This document shows positions 1-13,404 of a stretch of DNA of 64,000 nt, piece after piece (positions within the stretch are counted from its first letter, which is position 1; each line of letters opens with the position of its first letter). The DNA comes from Octopus sinensis (taxonomy: Eukaryota): assembly GCF_006345805.1 (NCBI RefSeq), contig NC_043006.1, forward strand, positions 5,580,001 to 5,644,000, given 5' to 3'. The notes below the pieces were generated by a model. The model did no database searches. It was not told the DNA's origin and saw only the letters and a list, made by a program, of their open reading frames with translations. Both the position numbers and the translations under genes were made by a program.

Positions 1-405
1 CCTCCGTAATTTCTTTTACTCAACACCAGGGACTTTTACTATATTTACATTGATTATATCTTTATGTATTTACTACTATAGTATTTTTTTTATTATTAGT
101 TCTGTTACATCACCAGGGATTCCATCTATGGATTCATTTGCAATGAATTCTAACTTCTAATTTCCTGGTAATGAATTCTATCTTAAGATATTCCTGTAAA
201 CATCGTTTCCTTTATTCATCCTTTTTCGTGTTATCATCTAAAAAAAGATATTATAAACTTATGTCACAGTACATAGAGCAGCATAATACAGAATTAGTAT
301 TCAAAGTTTAGGAAATGAAGATTACATCTGTGACCTTTGAAGAGCAATATGTGGGTGATAAACGTGCATGAAATGAGCTGGAGTCATACCCGTAGATGTA
401 GTTTT

Positions 406-779
406 GGATCTTTTCACTTTGACCGGCAGATTTTAAAAATAATTTTTTGTAACCAAACACTTTTAAACTTTGTATACTGGTAGAATGTGTCACATAAAAT
501 ATCTTTTTCTCTTGGCGTTCTTGAGAAAATTCTGTAGTTTGTAAACTATTTGTTGTTAAATTTCAGCAGTAATTGTATTCACCTCAATAGACGTCATTGA
601 TTGATTGAAATTGCCGAAATACGAGAAATTTAACAACAAATAGTTTACAAACTACAGAATTTTCCCAAGAACGCTAAGAGAAAAAGATGTTTTATGTGAT
701 TCATTCTACCAGTATACGAAGTTTTAAAATGTTTAGTTACAAAAAATTATTTTTAAAATCTGCCGGTCAAAGTGGATCC
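406..779. mobile_element. MITE with long terminal inverted repeats (Merlin-like), family copy 1
   Basis: Starts GGATCTTTTC and ends GGATCC; ~170-bp arms are reverse complements; flanked by gtagtttt / atagtttt (8-bp TSD, 7/8). Same family at 51847 and 52857. Confidence 0.8.
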
Positions 780-1936
780 ATAGTTTTCCTAGGACACCTG
801 CAGACGATACGAAAAATATTATATACAGCTTCAAAATCTCATGGAAATCTTCAATGCAACATACAGGATGAAAAAACTTTTGGAGTAAATACCATATTAG
901 GACCTTCATACACAGAAACCTAGTCGGAGATCAAGTTAAGTAAATGAGGCATCGTTTTATGATCACACTGGTAGCCGGCCACACTGTACATACAACTGGT
1001 GAGATGGGTTTTTTTGAACAGCACTAACAAACCTGCCTATTCATCAAATATCAATGTTGATCATGGCCCTCTAGCATGGCTGCAGCCCATTCACAGAAAC
1101 ACGCAAAAGCATAACGGAAGAATATATATATAAGAACTTACACCGTCCCAGGCAGAATTCGGTATGTTTATGTCAATTATTTTGGTATCTGCAAAAGTCG
1201 TCACAATACAACACAAACTCAACCACAGAAAAACGATGCTGATCACCATTGTTAGAGTCGGTAATTCTACTGATATTTTTGATTGCGCCAAATATTATGT
1301 ATGTATTTATATATATATATATATCGGTCGGTCAAAATATTTCAAATTAAACCGCAAAATAATATAAGGCGTGTTCACGTTATTAAGCTGCGTAGATATA
1401 ATACTTGCTTACTTTTGATCAAATTACCGGTTATTTAAACGAATTAAATGCCTCCTTCAGACATTCCTTTGTCACCTTATGCTGTTAAGCCTGAGATCGA
1501 GGTTTTGTCAATATCTTTATTAAACACGTCCTAATACAAAGACAGACTTTTCTTTAAATCATATCTTCGTTTTATTTTTTATCTAAATGTGCTTTATGTA
1601 ACGTTGAATAAATAGTTATGAACGTACACAAATAAAGAATTAAAATAACCATTCAAATCCATAACAAAGCCTTATGTATGTAAAGCATGTCCCAGCCATT
1701 ATATTTCACCATCATTACATTTGGTTTCTAGTTTTCAAATTACTTGGTATTGCAAATATGTTTACTCTAAAAATGTTTTATTTAAAAAGCAGAGAATGGC
1801 TTATTTTTCCGATTTTCTTCTATTCAAATTTCTTAATTTTATTTACCAATATCTTTGTAGTTAAACTAGTTTATTTTTCAGATTCTTTTAGTTAAGTGTC
1901 ATCATCATCATTATTATCATTAACTGAAGCAGTTTA

Positions 1937-2650
1937 AGGCGGCGAGCTGGCAGAACCGTTAGCACGCCGGGCGAAATGCTTAGCCGTATTTCGTCTGTCG
2001 TTACGTTCTGAGTTCAAATTCCGCTGAGGTCGACTTTGCCTTTCATCCTTTCGGGGTCGATAAATTAAGTACCAGTTATGCACTGGGGTCGATATAATCA
2101 ACTTAATCCGTTTGTCTGTCCTTGTTTGTCCTCTCTGTGTTTAGCCCCTTGTAGGTAGTGAAGAAATAGGCATTTCGTCTCCCGTTACGTTCTGAGTTCA
2201 AATTCCGCCGAGGTCGACTTTGCCTTTCATCCTTTCAGGGTCAATAAATTAAGTACCAGTTACGCACTGGGGTCGATGTAATCGACTCAATCCGTTTGTC
2301 TGTCCTTGTTTATCCCCTCTGTGTTTAGCCCCTTGTGGGTAGTAAAGAAATAGGCATTTCTTAACGTTTTGAGCCCAAATTCCGCCGAGATTGATTTTGC
2401 CTTCCATTCTTTCGGGGTCGATAAAATAAATTTCAAGCCTCGTGTCTATAGTAGAAAGGATCATTAATTAAAGCGGCAAAGATGGTGAGCTGGAAGAATC
2501 GTTACGGCACCATACAACATGCTTAAAGTCATTTCTTCCGGTTCTTTATCTTCTGAGTTGAAGTTTCACTGAGGTTGACTTTTCCTTTCATCCTTTCGGG
2601 TTCGAAAACCTAAGCAGCAGATGAACACTGGGGTAGAAGCAATCCACAGC
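1937..2650 (+). mobile_element. tRNA-derived SINE (family B) with tandemly re-duplicated body units and a further degenerate copy
   Basis: Head GGCGGCGAGCTGGCAGAACCGTTAGC, B-box-like GAGTTCAAATTCC, body CCTTTCATCCTTTCGGGGTCGATAAATTAAGTACCAG repeated at ~187-bp spacing. Confidence 0.85.
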
Positions 2651-4769
2651 ACCACTCTCTTAAATTTGAAATCATTACTACCATTAATTATATTGTCATT
2701 TTAATCCTCGTCGATGTGGCATATAGCAATTTTACATAGCATCATTTAAGTTTCCTGGTTCGCATCTTTTTTATTCTGTTCAAATCCTACTGTAGCTGAA
2801 CGCAAAATCTGTGATCAGTAAATTCGTGTGTAAACCATACATTTAAAATAATTTTGAAAAAAAAAAGGGACTTATTTTGAAGTTCTAATTGTCTTGCTGT
2901 TGCTGTTGATCGAACAGTTTTCGTCACAGAGCTCGCAAGATGGGAGAAATCCGAAACGTGGTCCTTTGCTATTTGTAAGACCCGCAGAAGAGAAAGCTTC
3001 TGCTAAGCCTGAAAGCAATGAAGTCATAAAAGAATCATCCATAACTTGCAGTAAGCAACATTTATTAAAATAAAAGTATTCAGAACACAGAATAACATGT
3101 AACAAAAGCAATTTGCAAACATATTTACATTTCCATATAACAGTTAAGAACATCACCAGTATTGTACTACGGATGCGCGGAAGTGTTTGTTCGACTATGT
3201 GCTACTAGCTTAATTACACACGACTCAAGTTAGAGAGGAGGTGCGTATTATACACAAGGTTTAGATTTTTCCGATGTACAGCCCCCTAAAAATCCCCTGC
3301 GTATTATACTCAAGGGTGGACTATACTCGAGGATTTACTATACACATACTGACATATGATCAACGTTGAACCCTTTATTCGCATAATCACCGAACCTGGA
3401 ACTTAACTACGGTCTATCTATAGCACTTATTCAGTATTACCTGACACATTTGGGTCTCAGTGACACCATTACCTATATATATATATATATACTTGCAGAG
3501 ATACCTGGCGTTGCCCATGTTACATTCAATTGAAGAATTAGACTTTTCTGTTATATTTTCTGTAATGAACTGGAATATTTATGTTTGAAATTTCATCAAA
3601 ATTGCAGATAAGGGTTATTTCCCTCTTTACACACCCTAAAAAGAATTGTAACCGTGCCACATGTATCCCATACTACTGATTTTTATGCGCATATTCCAAA
3701 ATTCCAGTCTTATTGAACCTGAAAAATGAAGGTCATGGAGCTCTAAAATGTGAGAGTTAACGCCTCTATTGGGGGTGGGCATCTTAGTGTCAACCAGGGA
3801 AGTTGAATTGTTGAGAATCTCTTTAACTTGGGTCTTATATCTATTGTTTGAATTTCTTTGAAATAGGAAATATATGCTCACTGGGTTTGTAAAAGAGAGC
3901 AAAGCTACAAGAAACCAAGAGGCGAATGATCACAATAAGCAGCCAGCTACCCTACACTAGTCGTTACCACTCCCAATGTAGGAATCCTCACCATCCAGGT
4001 GACAGGCACAGCCGTAAGATGCATTACGAATCTATAGCAATTAGAAGGGCGTGACCCAACTTAAATAAACATTAACAACTGTGTGACGCGAGGGCTAAAG
4101 AGAAATGAAAGTTGGAGTTTGCAAATGACCACTATACTGATACATAACTGGATAGAATAAATATACAATCTATAAATGTCTTTGAATAACCAGTCACTCA
4201 TCTGGGAAGGCCTTCAAATCAATGTTACCATCTGGGGACTATGTGTGACCCAGTGATAATAAAAAGACTAAAAGGAGGTCTGCAATCAAATAACTTTACC
4301 CAACACTTTGCAACTGAATCAGTCGAGGCAAAGATGCCTTTCATTTACTTGACATTTTATGCAGCACATTGCAGAAATCACGATCTAAGTCTATGTCAAA
4401 GCAAACTCTTTCACTGTTGTACCATTGAATTACAAATAATGCTCATCTTTTATGCTCGCGTAATCCTACAGCTTCCAAGAGTACAACTGTATTCGTCTTT
4501 GCTTAGATAAAATGACAACATTGTGAGAGTTACGTCCCCATGGAGGGGTCTTTCTAACTTGTAAGAAGATAAAATTTTATAAATATTACTTCATTTGTGT
4601 CTAATATCTGTGATTAATATTTCATCAACAGTAGAAATATATGAATTGTCATGGGGGTTATGGCCCATATGCACAGAATATAATTTCCCCAAAAGATCCA
4701 TTCAGTACTTTTGACCTAGTTTTGGATCATAAAAGAAATGACTAAAATAGATATAGATATAGATATATA

Positions 4770-5043
4770 CACACACATACAAAGATAAATTGATAGATAC
4801 AACTGAGTGGGCAAACAAAAATATGAGACACAGCCTAGTGCTTTTTTTATTTTGATAAGCCTGGTACTTATTCTATTAGTTTCTCCTTGTGAAACCAGTA
4901 AGGTATGTGGATGTAAATAAATGAACAGCAGTTGTGAAGCAGTGATGAGGGCTAAACAGAGAGACAAAGACACACACAAACACTTATATACATACATATA
5001 TATATATACGATATTGATTTGTTTCAGTTCCTGTGTACGAAAT

Positions 5044-5086
<43 letters not shown>

Positions 5087-5348
5087 AAGATAAATTGATA
5101 GATACAACTGAGTGGGCAAACAAAAATATGAGACACAGCCTAGTGCTTTTTTTATTTTGATAAGCCTGGTACTTATTCTATTAGTTTCTCCTTGTGAAAC
5201 CAGTAAGGTATGTGGATGTAAATAAATGAACAGCAGTTGTGAAGCAGTGATGAGGGCTAAACAGAGAGACAAAGACACACACAAACACTTATATACATAC
5301 ATATATATATATACGATATTGATTTGTTTCAGTTCCTGTGTACGAAAT

Positions 5349-5389
<41 letters not shown>

Positions 5390-5596
5390 AAGATAAATTG
5401 ATAGATACAACTGAGTGGGCAAACAAAAATATGAGACACTGCCTAGTGGGTTTTTTTTAATTTTGATAAGCCTGGTACTTATTCTATCAGTTTCTTCTTG
5501 TGAAACCAGTAAGTTATGGGGATGTAAATAAGCGAACACCAGTTGTGAAGCAGTGATGAGGGAGAAACACAAAGACACACACATAGACTTACATAT

Positions 5597-5640
<44 letters not shown>
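4770..5640. repeat. Three tandem ~304-bp units built from a decayed SINE 3' half plus (TA)n
   Basis: AAAGATAAATTGATAGATACAACTGAGTGGG recurs at 4781, 5086 and 5389; reverse strand resembles the family A SINE tail (ATAGAATAAGTACCAGGCTT). Confidence 0.85.
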
Positions 5641-5654
<14 letters not shown>

Positions 5655-5662
<8 letters not shown>

Positions 5663-5825
5663 ACTGATTTCGTTCAGTTTCTGCCTACAAAATCCAGTGA
5701 CAAGGCTTTGGTTGGTCTGAGGCTATAGCAGAAGACACATGACAAGTTACCACACAGTGGGACTGAACTCAGGTCCATATGTTTTGGAACCAAGTTTGTA
5801 ACCACACGGTCACACCTGCACCTAT
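5655..5825 (-). mobile_element. Partial family A tRNA-SINE (5' half)
   Basis: Reverse complement of the head/body: CAAGGCTTTGGTTGG...GTGGGACTGAACTCAGG...CCACAC. Confidence 0.7.
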
Positions 5826-6085
5826 GTATGTGTGTGTGTGTGTATGTGTGCATGGGTGTATATATGTATGCATGTATATATGTGTATAGATATGTGTACA
5901 TATTACATGTACATCTATATATATAAACATCTACACATACATGTATATATATGCATCTATATCTATAGAAATTCATCTATACATATACATGTATACATAT
6001 ACAGCTATACATATACATGTATACATATACATCTATATATTTATACATGTATATATATACATTCATATATATACATGTGTATATG

Positions 6086-6149
<64 letters not shown>

Positions 6150-6230
6150 TGTCTGTGTGTGTGTCTGTGTGTGTGTCTGTGTGTGTGTGTGTACATCTAT
6201 ATGTATACACCTATATATATATATATATTA
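5826..6230. repeat. Compound (TA)n/(TG)n microsatellite
   Basis: Direct inspection; it accounts for the low-complexity ORFs at 5832-6250. Confidence 0.95.
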
Positions 6231-6309
6231 TAATAAATATTAGGGAATAAATCCAAACTAACAGGGAAAAATCAGATTTAGGATTGAATCCAATTTTATA
6301 GTAAAATAT

Positions 6310-7700
6310 TATATTATATTAAATTAGAGACAAAACCACTATTAGGCAAATCAAACAATGAAAAACTTAAGCCAATACATAAGCTTATTTAATTTATATT
6401 ATTTAAATATATAACAAAATTATTAAAAAAATATAATTAATATCACACTACGATCGTTTCATGCCTGCTAACTTCTTCAAATTTTTGAGTCGCAGTCATT
6501 CATCAGGTGGTTTAAATATCTAAAATATAATCAATATTTTTAAGATATAAATAATATATATAATATAATAATTTTACCTATAATAAACTCTATTATTAAA
6601 TATGATTATATCGAAATCGACTATAATGTTAAATATTAACTTTAATTTATAAGGTAGAAAACTCATAATCTAATATCAATATTAGTCTATATCTAATTAC
6701 ATAAATATTTAAAATGACTAATATATATATATTATCAATGAAAATATATATAAATATTATAATCAAGATCTAAAATAATCTCTATAAATAATTGTATATA
6801 ATGAAAACCTAATAAATTTAATTTTTCATATTTAAAGATGAAATAGCTAATTTCAAAATACAAATAAACTAACTTAAACGGACTTTCAAAATCTTATGTA
6901 AAATACTTATAGAAATATTCAATTCTTAGTAATATAGTATCAAATAAATACTATAAGTACTATAAATATAATTATGAATGGGAATAATTATCTAATTTAA
7001 TAGCATAATTTATATTAGATAGTTGTTCCCATTCATAATTATATTTATAGTACTTCTAGTATTTATTTGATACTATATTACTAAGAATTGAATATTTCTA
7101 TAAGTATTTTACATAAGATTTTGAAAGTCCGTTTAAGTTAGTTTATTTGTATTTTGAAATTAGCTATTTCATCTTTAAATATGAAAAATTAAATTTATTA
7201 GGTTTTCATTATATACAATTATTTATAGAGATTATTTTAGATCTTGATTATAATATTTATATATATATTCATTGAAAATTTATATATATTAGTCATTTTA
7301 AATATTTATGTAATTAGATATAGACTAATATTGATATTAGATTATGAGTTTTCTACCTTATAAATTAAAGTTAATATTTAACATTATAGTCGATTTCGAT
7401 ATAATCATATTTAATAATAGAGTTTATTATAGGTAAAATTATTATATTATATATATTATTTATATCTTAAAAATATTGATTATATTTTAGACATTTAAAC
7501 CACCTGATGAATGACTGCGACTCAAAAATTTGAAGAAGTTAGCAGGCATGAAACGATCGTAGTGTGATATTAATTATATTTTTTTTATAATTTTGTTATA
7601 TATTTAAATAATATAAATTAAATAAGCTTATGTATTGGCTTAAGTTTTTCATTGTTTGATTTGCCTAATAGTGGTTTTGTCTCTAATTTAATATAATATA
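6310..7700. repeat. ~1.4-kb near-perfect foldback palindrome (arms ~690 bp, loop <=17 nt)
   Basis: Left arm 6310-6996 is the reverse complement of 7014-7700 with only scattered mismatches; centre ...GGGAATAATTATCTAAT / ATTAGATAGTTGTTCCC... Confidence 0.95.
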
Positions 7701-7724
7701 TATATATACATGTAAATTTTAATT

Positions 7725-8138
7725 TAAAATAATAAGGGTGAAAAATTGAATATAAATTTGAATATTATGAATTTAAAACCAGTGGTGTAGCATATAAGAC
7801 CATAGCGGATCTTCTTCTAGCAGAATGGATGTCCAGTTACAGTTCATCCCTGTTATATAATAGCTTCACTTTAATAGTTTCAGTATTAAAGTGAAAGTAT
7901 CTGACATTACGATAGAGAGATGTTTTTCTTTCACTTTTGACACGTAATACTGAAATAGTGAAGATATGATATTGCTGTGGGCTCTCCCTAGGCAAGAAGT
8001 TAAAAATTGTTTTGCCCATGACACTACATCGACCCTAAGTAAGGCATGTGTAAACTTTAAATGAAATTGGTTGTGTAGTTCTCAAGCTTTAGGGATTCAC
8101 ACAGACAGACATACATTCTCAGTTTTATATATATAGAT
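7725..8138 (-). mobile_element. Non-autonomous Helitron, 5' part
   Basis: Minus strand begins A|TCTATATATATAAAACTGAGAATGTATGTCTGTCTG; homologous to 25040-25487 and (inverted) to 17590-17700. Confidence 0.65.
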
Positions 8139-8711
8139 ATTAATGATACGAGGGTAAAATTAATTAATTAATCAATTAATTAATAATTTTACCAAGTAGA
8201 TCGGTACGTTACAATAACCTTTATAGGTAAAATTATACAAATATTCTATAATTATAAACATAATTATAATTAGGAGTCGGCTAATTGGTTCAACACATAC
8301 CGAATTTAGAAATAGAAGTTAAAAATCCCTTTTCTACTACCGTAAGAATCTCCCAGGCAGTAACACACTTTTTTATGTAGGCAAATAGAAAAACAATGAA
8401 TCAACACGACTCCGATTAGCCACAGACGCGTTTCGAGATTAAAGTGTTTAATTACTTATTTATCATCATCAGTGTAGCATTTCCAATATAAAATTTGAAA
8501 GTGCCTAGGGTTAAATATGCACACGATCGAGCGACATCGTGCAACGCATATCCAACCAACACTTCCAAACTTTACATAACCGAATGAGAATACATATCTA
8601 TCCCTTGTAACCACAGGTATGTTACCAGCAGTACCGCAGAAAACTGCAGTCTTCGATCAGGGAGTAAATTATAATTACAAATTAATAATAAAAGGGTCTA
8701 TTTATGACAGT

Positions 8712-9102
8712 TACTCTTTACTCTTTTACTTGTTTCAGTCATTTTACTGTGGCCATGCTGGAGCACCGCCTTTAGCCGAGCAAATCGACTCCAGGACTTA
8801 TTCTTATTCTATCGGTCTATTTTGCCGAACCGCTAAGTTACGGGGACGTAAATACACCAGCATCGGTTGTCATATGTTTGGGGGGGACAACTACAGACAC
8901 ACAAACACACACACACATATATATATATATACAAAATATACGACGGGCTTCTTTCAGTTTCCGTCTACCAAATCCACTCACAAGGCTTTGGTCGGCCCGA
9001 GGATATAGTAGAAGACACTTGCCCAAGGTGCCACGCAGTGGGACTGAACCCGGAACCATGTGGTTGGTAAGCAAGCTACTTACCACACAGCCACTCCTGT
9101 GC
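8712..9102 (-). mobile_element. Family A tRNA-derived SINE, full length
   Basis: Minus strand: GGAGTGGCTGTGTGGTAAG...GGTTCAGTCCC head, internal (TA)/(TG) tract, 3' end GCATGGCCACAGTAAAATGACTGAAACAAGTAAAAGAGTAAAAGAG. Confidence 0.9.
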
Positions 9103-9984
9103 CTACCAGTTATTACCAAGTTTTATATAACTTTTCTACTATGGGTTCTAAGATGACTACACAGAACTACTTGGTTTTCGAAATTGTATAATGACTAACT
9201 GTGGTGAACGAAATTTGTTCGCTGACCTAATCAGAAGAGACTGCACATTCGTGCAACCACTCAAAATAGATTTTCAAACCGGCGGTGGATGTGCAGACCT
9301 TTGTACATAAAGGGCAATAGTGTTACAGGAGGCCTTCGGAACTACATGCATATTAATGGTGTGCAATATGTTCTCAATAATGAATGTTAATATTCAGAAC
9401 CAGCTTTTGCTTGAAGCATCAGGAAATCCTGAGGGCCACTACTAAAAACTCCTTTGTCATAAAATAATTGTTTCTCAAGCCTGAAATGTGGGCTCTAACA
9501 ATACCATTCCAACTCACTTCATATTCAATAAAGCGACTTTTATCTTGAGGCAGACCAGTCTTTCCAGCATTCCTCTTTCAAGTCTCAATGATTTCCTGCT
9601 AATGTCTTCAGCATTTCGTGGAAAGCTTCAAGTCTTTGTCTGACAAGAGCCATTTCTTGATTATTTCAAATAATCTTTCTTCACGGCTTTTTTTACCTGC
9701 ATTTATTATTGGTAGAATAAAAGTGTTAAAAGCGAAATGAACTTGTAGAGGCGCCGTTGCATTTTTGCCAAAAATCTATATTTACTTAAACATTCTTGAG
9801 AGTTTACGCTCAGAAAATTTCATAAAATGAGACATTTTGAAATCTCAATGAAATATTTCAGCTTTAATACGGTCGCCATATCAGTAGATTTTTCCAACTA
9901 TTGGGTTCCAGGCTCATAGAGAATTTTTGAACGAAAATAATACAATCAATTGCATCAACACAAGTAAAAATATATAAATATTTC

Positions 9985-10212
9985 TTTATTGCCCACAAGG
10001 GGCTAAACATAGAAAGGACAAACAAGGACAGACAAAGGGAAAAAGTCGATTACATTGACCCCAGTGCGTAACTGGTACTTAATTTATTGACCCCGAAAGG
10101 ATGAAAGGTAAAGTCGACCTCAACGGAATTTGAACTCAGAACCTAACGGCAGACGAAATATGGCTACGCATTTCGCACGGCGTGCTACCGTTTCTGCCAG
10201 GTCGCCGCCTTC
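9985..10212 (-). mobile_element. Family B SINE (duplicated at ~18948-19180)
   Basis: Reverse complement of the family B head/body (GACCCCAGTGCGTAACTGGTACTTAATTT...GAATTTGAACTC). Confidence 0.85.
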
Positions 10213-10280
10213 ATGATTATATTAATAAAATCTATCTTCGTCGCAAGTAGACTTTGAACTCAGAATGAGACTGACACTCT

Positions 10281-10470
10281 GTATATATGCTTAGCTAAAA
10301 TTTTGAACAATGGCAATTTAAAACTGGCACTATGTATATATGCTTTGCTAAAATTTAGAACAATGGCAGTTTAAAACTGGCACTATGTATATATGCTTAG
10401 CTAAAATTTTGAACAATGGCAATTTAAAACTGGCACTATGTATATATGCTTTGCTAAAATTTTGAACAAA
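10281..10470. repeat. 53-bp tandem repeat (~3.6 units) upstream of the copy A promoter
   Basis: GTATATATGCTT(A/T)GCTAAAATTT...AAAACTGGCACTAT starts at 10281, 10334, 10387 and 10440; copy B has only ~1.5 units. Confidence 0.9.
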
Positions 10471-10760
10471 GCAGTATCGTAAAATACTAACTCAGTATTT
10501 TCTCCGTTACATTGACATGAATTGATTTTGTGGTGAGAGCTTTTCATATCGAAAATAATAATGTAAGCAATTACATTTTTCAGGAGTCAAATTTTGACAT
10601 TGCCCTCCCTCCCCAGGATAGTGTCCTTTAGCTCCGTCTTTGTCACCCTTGTCCCGAACATTCAAGATACTATACATTAACCCTTCTTTTGTTATTCCTG
10701 TCCCGCCTCTTTCAGATATACGTTAGGCGCTTTGTCCGCCATTTTATGCCTGAAATCAGC

Positions 10761-10790
10761 TATATAAGTGAGTAAGTCCGCTTATCAGTC
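10761..10790 (+). promoter_or_regulatory. TATA box + initiator, predicted core promoter of precursor gene copy A
   Basis: TATATAAG at 10761; TCAGTC Inr at 10785-10790 puts the +1 A at 10787, 26 nt from the TATA start; ~540 nt upstream of the signal-peptide ATG. Confidence 0.7.
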
Positions 10791-10859
10791 AGACTGTAAA
10801 GTGTCGAAATTTTACTTCAATTCTCGAACCTTCCATTTCGCCGATTTTCTTCAGACAAG
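10787..10859 (+). other. Putative non-coding first exon (5' UTR); possible 20-nt micro-exon at 11117-11136
   Basis: Donor-like AAG|GTAGAA at 10860; acceptor TTTCTTGTATTTTCAG| at 11116 with G|GTTAGT at 11137; all retained in copy B. Exon usage is unverified. Confidence 0.4.
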
Positions 10860-11322
10860 GTAGAAAAGTTGTTTTCTCTATTTCCAGATCATAGTTTTCC
10901 ACTTCAGCAATGTTTTCTACTGTTATTCTGAAGGTTGCCTCGCATTTCTATCATTATAATGAATACTTGTCTTTATATGTTGCACTTCAATTTTTACATC
11001 TATTGCATAAGGTGGGATGTCTTCGTGAAAGAAGCATTTACACTACAAAATATTCTAAAATAGCATTCGCTCCGTTTTAGCAATCGTGTCACTGAGCTCA
11101 TTTCTTGTATTTTCAGCTATAGATTCGACAGCCTCGGTTAGTAACCTGTTAAAGAATTTTCTTTCTAATAATATTGTCAAGTTGTAAAAATAAATTGCTA
11201 ATCGAAATACATGAACATTTTCTACCGTCTATTCATTATATATTGGCCCTAAATGCATGATCATACAGTTCAAAAGTAATTCCCTTTGTCTATAGAAGTA
11301 TATTTCTTGATTGCAGGTAAAG

Positions 11323-11368
11323 ATGCAGAAGTATTTGATTCTAGCCTGCTGCTTCCTCATTTTCAATG
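11323..11368 (+). CDS. Secreted peptide precursor copy A, coding exon 1 (signal peptide MQKYLILACCFLIFN + phase-1 G)
   Basis: Acceptor TTTCTTGATTGCAG| at 11316; ATG 11323; basic n-region and hydrophobic core; perfect donor G|GTGAGT at 11369; phase matches the 14081 acceptor; identical in copy B. Confidence 0.88.
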
Positions 11369-11447
11369 GTGAGTTAAGATCTTTATCCAAATATGATGAA
11401 AATTCATTCTTTAATATTTTTCTCGTTAGATTAGCACATATATAATA

Positions 11448-13050
11448 CTAGCATTATGACCCGTCGATGTCGGGTCATAGTGCTGGTGCATGTATATATG
11501 TGTATATATATACGTGTACATATTACATGTACCTCTATATATATACATCTACACATGAAATACAAAATACAAAGTTATATCTATATATCGCTAGTGATAA
11601 CGATACTCAAAATATATAAGAGACTGGAAATGTAGGCCCGTCTCTTGCAATTTTAATCAATTGTATCTTGTCCTCCCTCTTGTATAGAAGTGTGGCTACA
11701 ATCCAGCCTACCTCTACTTCTGGGGGAACATTTTAAATTTTTTTCCGGGACGTCCTACGTCTCAGATATAAACGTAAAAATAAAATATTTCCACTTTGCA
11801 AGGTTCGAGTCGAGTACTCCCTTGCACGCTCCGTTGACTCTAACCTTGCTTCTATCGTGGCGAATTTACCGCCCTTGGTTAGATATCTTTCATAGTTACA
11901 CCAAGACACTTTACGATGGTGCTTTCCTCCAGGTGTTCAAATATTTTTTTTCTCTACATTGTATACTTTATAGACAATAGTCTTTTCTTTAATTTTTTTT
12001 TATATTTCGTTTGATGGTGTTTTCCTAGGTTCACCGACTCTGTCGATGATCGATCCGAAATAGGTTTGTATTTCTTCCATTTTAATTTTAATGAGTTTGG
12101 ACTTTCTTCTATCGAAGGCATTTTAACAAAAATGCTTCCGTATAAACGGTGAAAATATTGTCAATTTCCCCAAACAGGGACACAATTCAATTTTTAAGCA
12201 ATAACCAAAGTTCCTTCTCCCAAAGGGGGAGGGTTACGGTTTACAATTATTTAAAAAATACAACGCAACAACGTTTCCCTTACGAGGAACCAACAAACGT
12301 GATAACAATAGTTAAACAGTAATAATAATAACAACAAACCTTACGGTGAATCAAAAGGCAGTACGCAGTTGAAGCTATAGTCATTTATGCGTAAGAAATA
12401 AACCAACAGCAGTACTCAGTAGAAACGGCTGTTCGAGAAAACAGACATTACATACAGCCAAACTTCATATAGATACTTAATGCTAAGCTAATTAGCAGAT
12501 AATCTAATGTAAAAGCCGTGGTAAATGGTGTGTGCTCAGCTCCATCTGGACTATTCCATTTCTGCACACTAATTTTATTTTTAATTTATTTCCATTCATG
12601 TGAAACCACTTATTCAAGTTCGAGTCATTGATGCAATTTTATACCAATTGCTATTTTTACTTTTAATTGTTATGTTACGATTTAATTTAGTTTGATTTTA
12701 ATTATTACTTACTACATATCATTCAATTGTCATTATTATCTCTAATTTTTATTGTTAAAGTGAAAGTATCTTTATATATATATAAAACTGAGAATGTGTC
12801 TGTCTGTCTGTTTCCCTAAAACTTGAGAACTACACAACCAATTTCATTCAAATTTTACACATGACTTACTTAGGGTCCATGTAGTTTCATGGGCAGAAAA
12901 ATGTTCAACTTCTTGTCTAGAGAGAGCCCATAGCAATATCATATCTTCTCCACTATTTCAGTATTACGTGTTAAAAGTGAAACAAAAATATTTCTCTATT
13001 TTATGTCAAATGCTATGATATTGCTGTGGGCTCGCCCTAGGCAAAAAGTT
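11448..13050 (-). mobile_element. Non-autonomous Helitron in the intron of copy A, 5' end locally inverted
   Basis: 3' signature on minus strand: hairpin ATGACCCG-n7-CGGGTCAT then CTAG|T at 11448. The 5' part (TCTTTATATATATAAAACTGAGAATG) appears flipped at ~12770-13010 relative to copy B. Confidence 0.7.
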
Positions 13051-13404
13051 TTTAGAATAATTGGAACAAGGCTTTTCACTTCAGCTTCCTCTATACATCC
13101 TTCACAATTTACATCCATCCTGCTTAATTAGTAAGGTTTGCTGGCTGTCAACCCAGTTTCAGAAAGTGTAAATATTGAGGAATATGTTAGTTCCCAGATA
13201 CGAACGATAACCTAATGTTAATATTGCACACTGAAAGATTTCAGGTAAAACACTACAACTATTATACTACACTCATTAAGCGCTGAGGTAGGCCTCATTG
13301 TCTCAATTCAAAACTGGGTAGACTTACGTATTTAATGGTCACAAACTCTCATAACGGTGCTGTTGATGAGACGCGAACAATAAATTTGCCATCTAGCATT
13401 CTTT

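Noticed and set aside
4716-6250. Multiple [12 protein letters not shown] ORFs (also in SINE-internal tracts throughout)
   Set aside because: Dinucleotide microsatellite translations.
6226-7720. Mitochondrial control-region insertion (NUMT)
   Set aside because: Extreme AT content is suggestive, but I see no recognisable mitochondrial tRNA, rRNA or protein sequence; a BLAST against the mitogenome would settle it.
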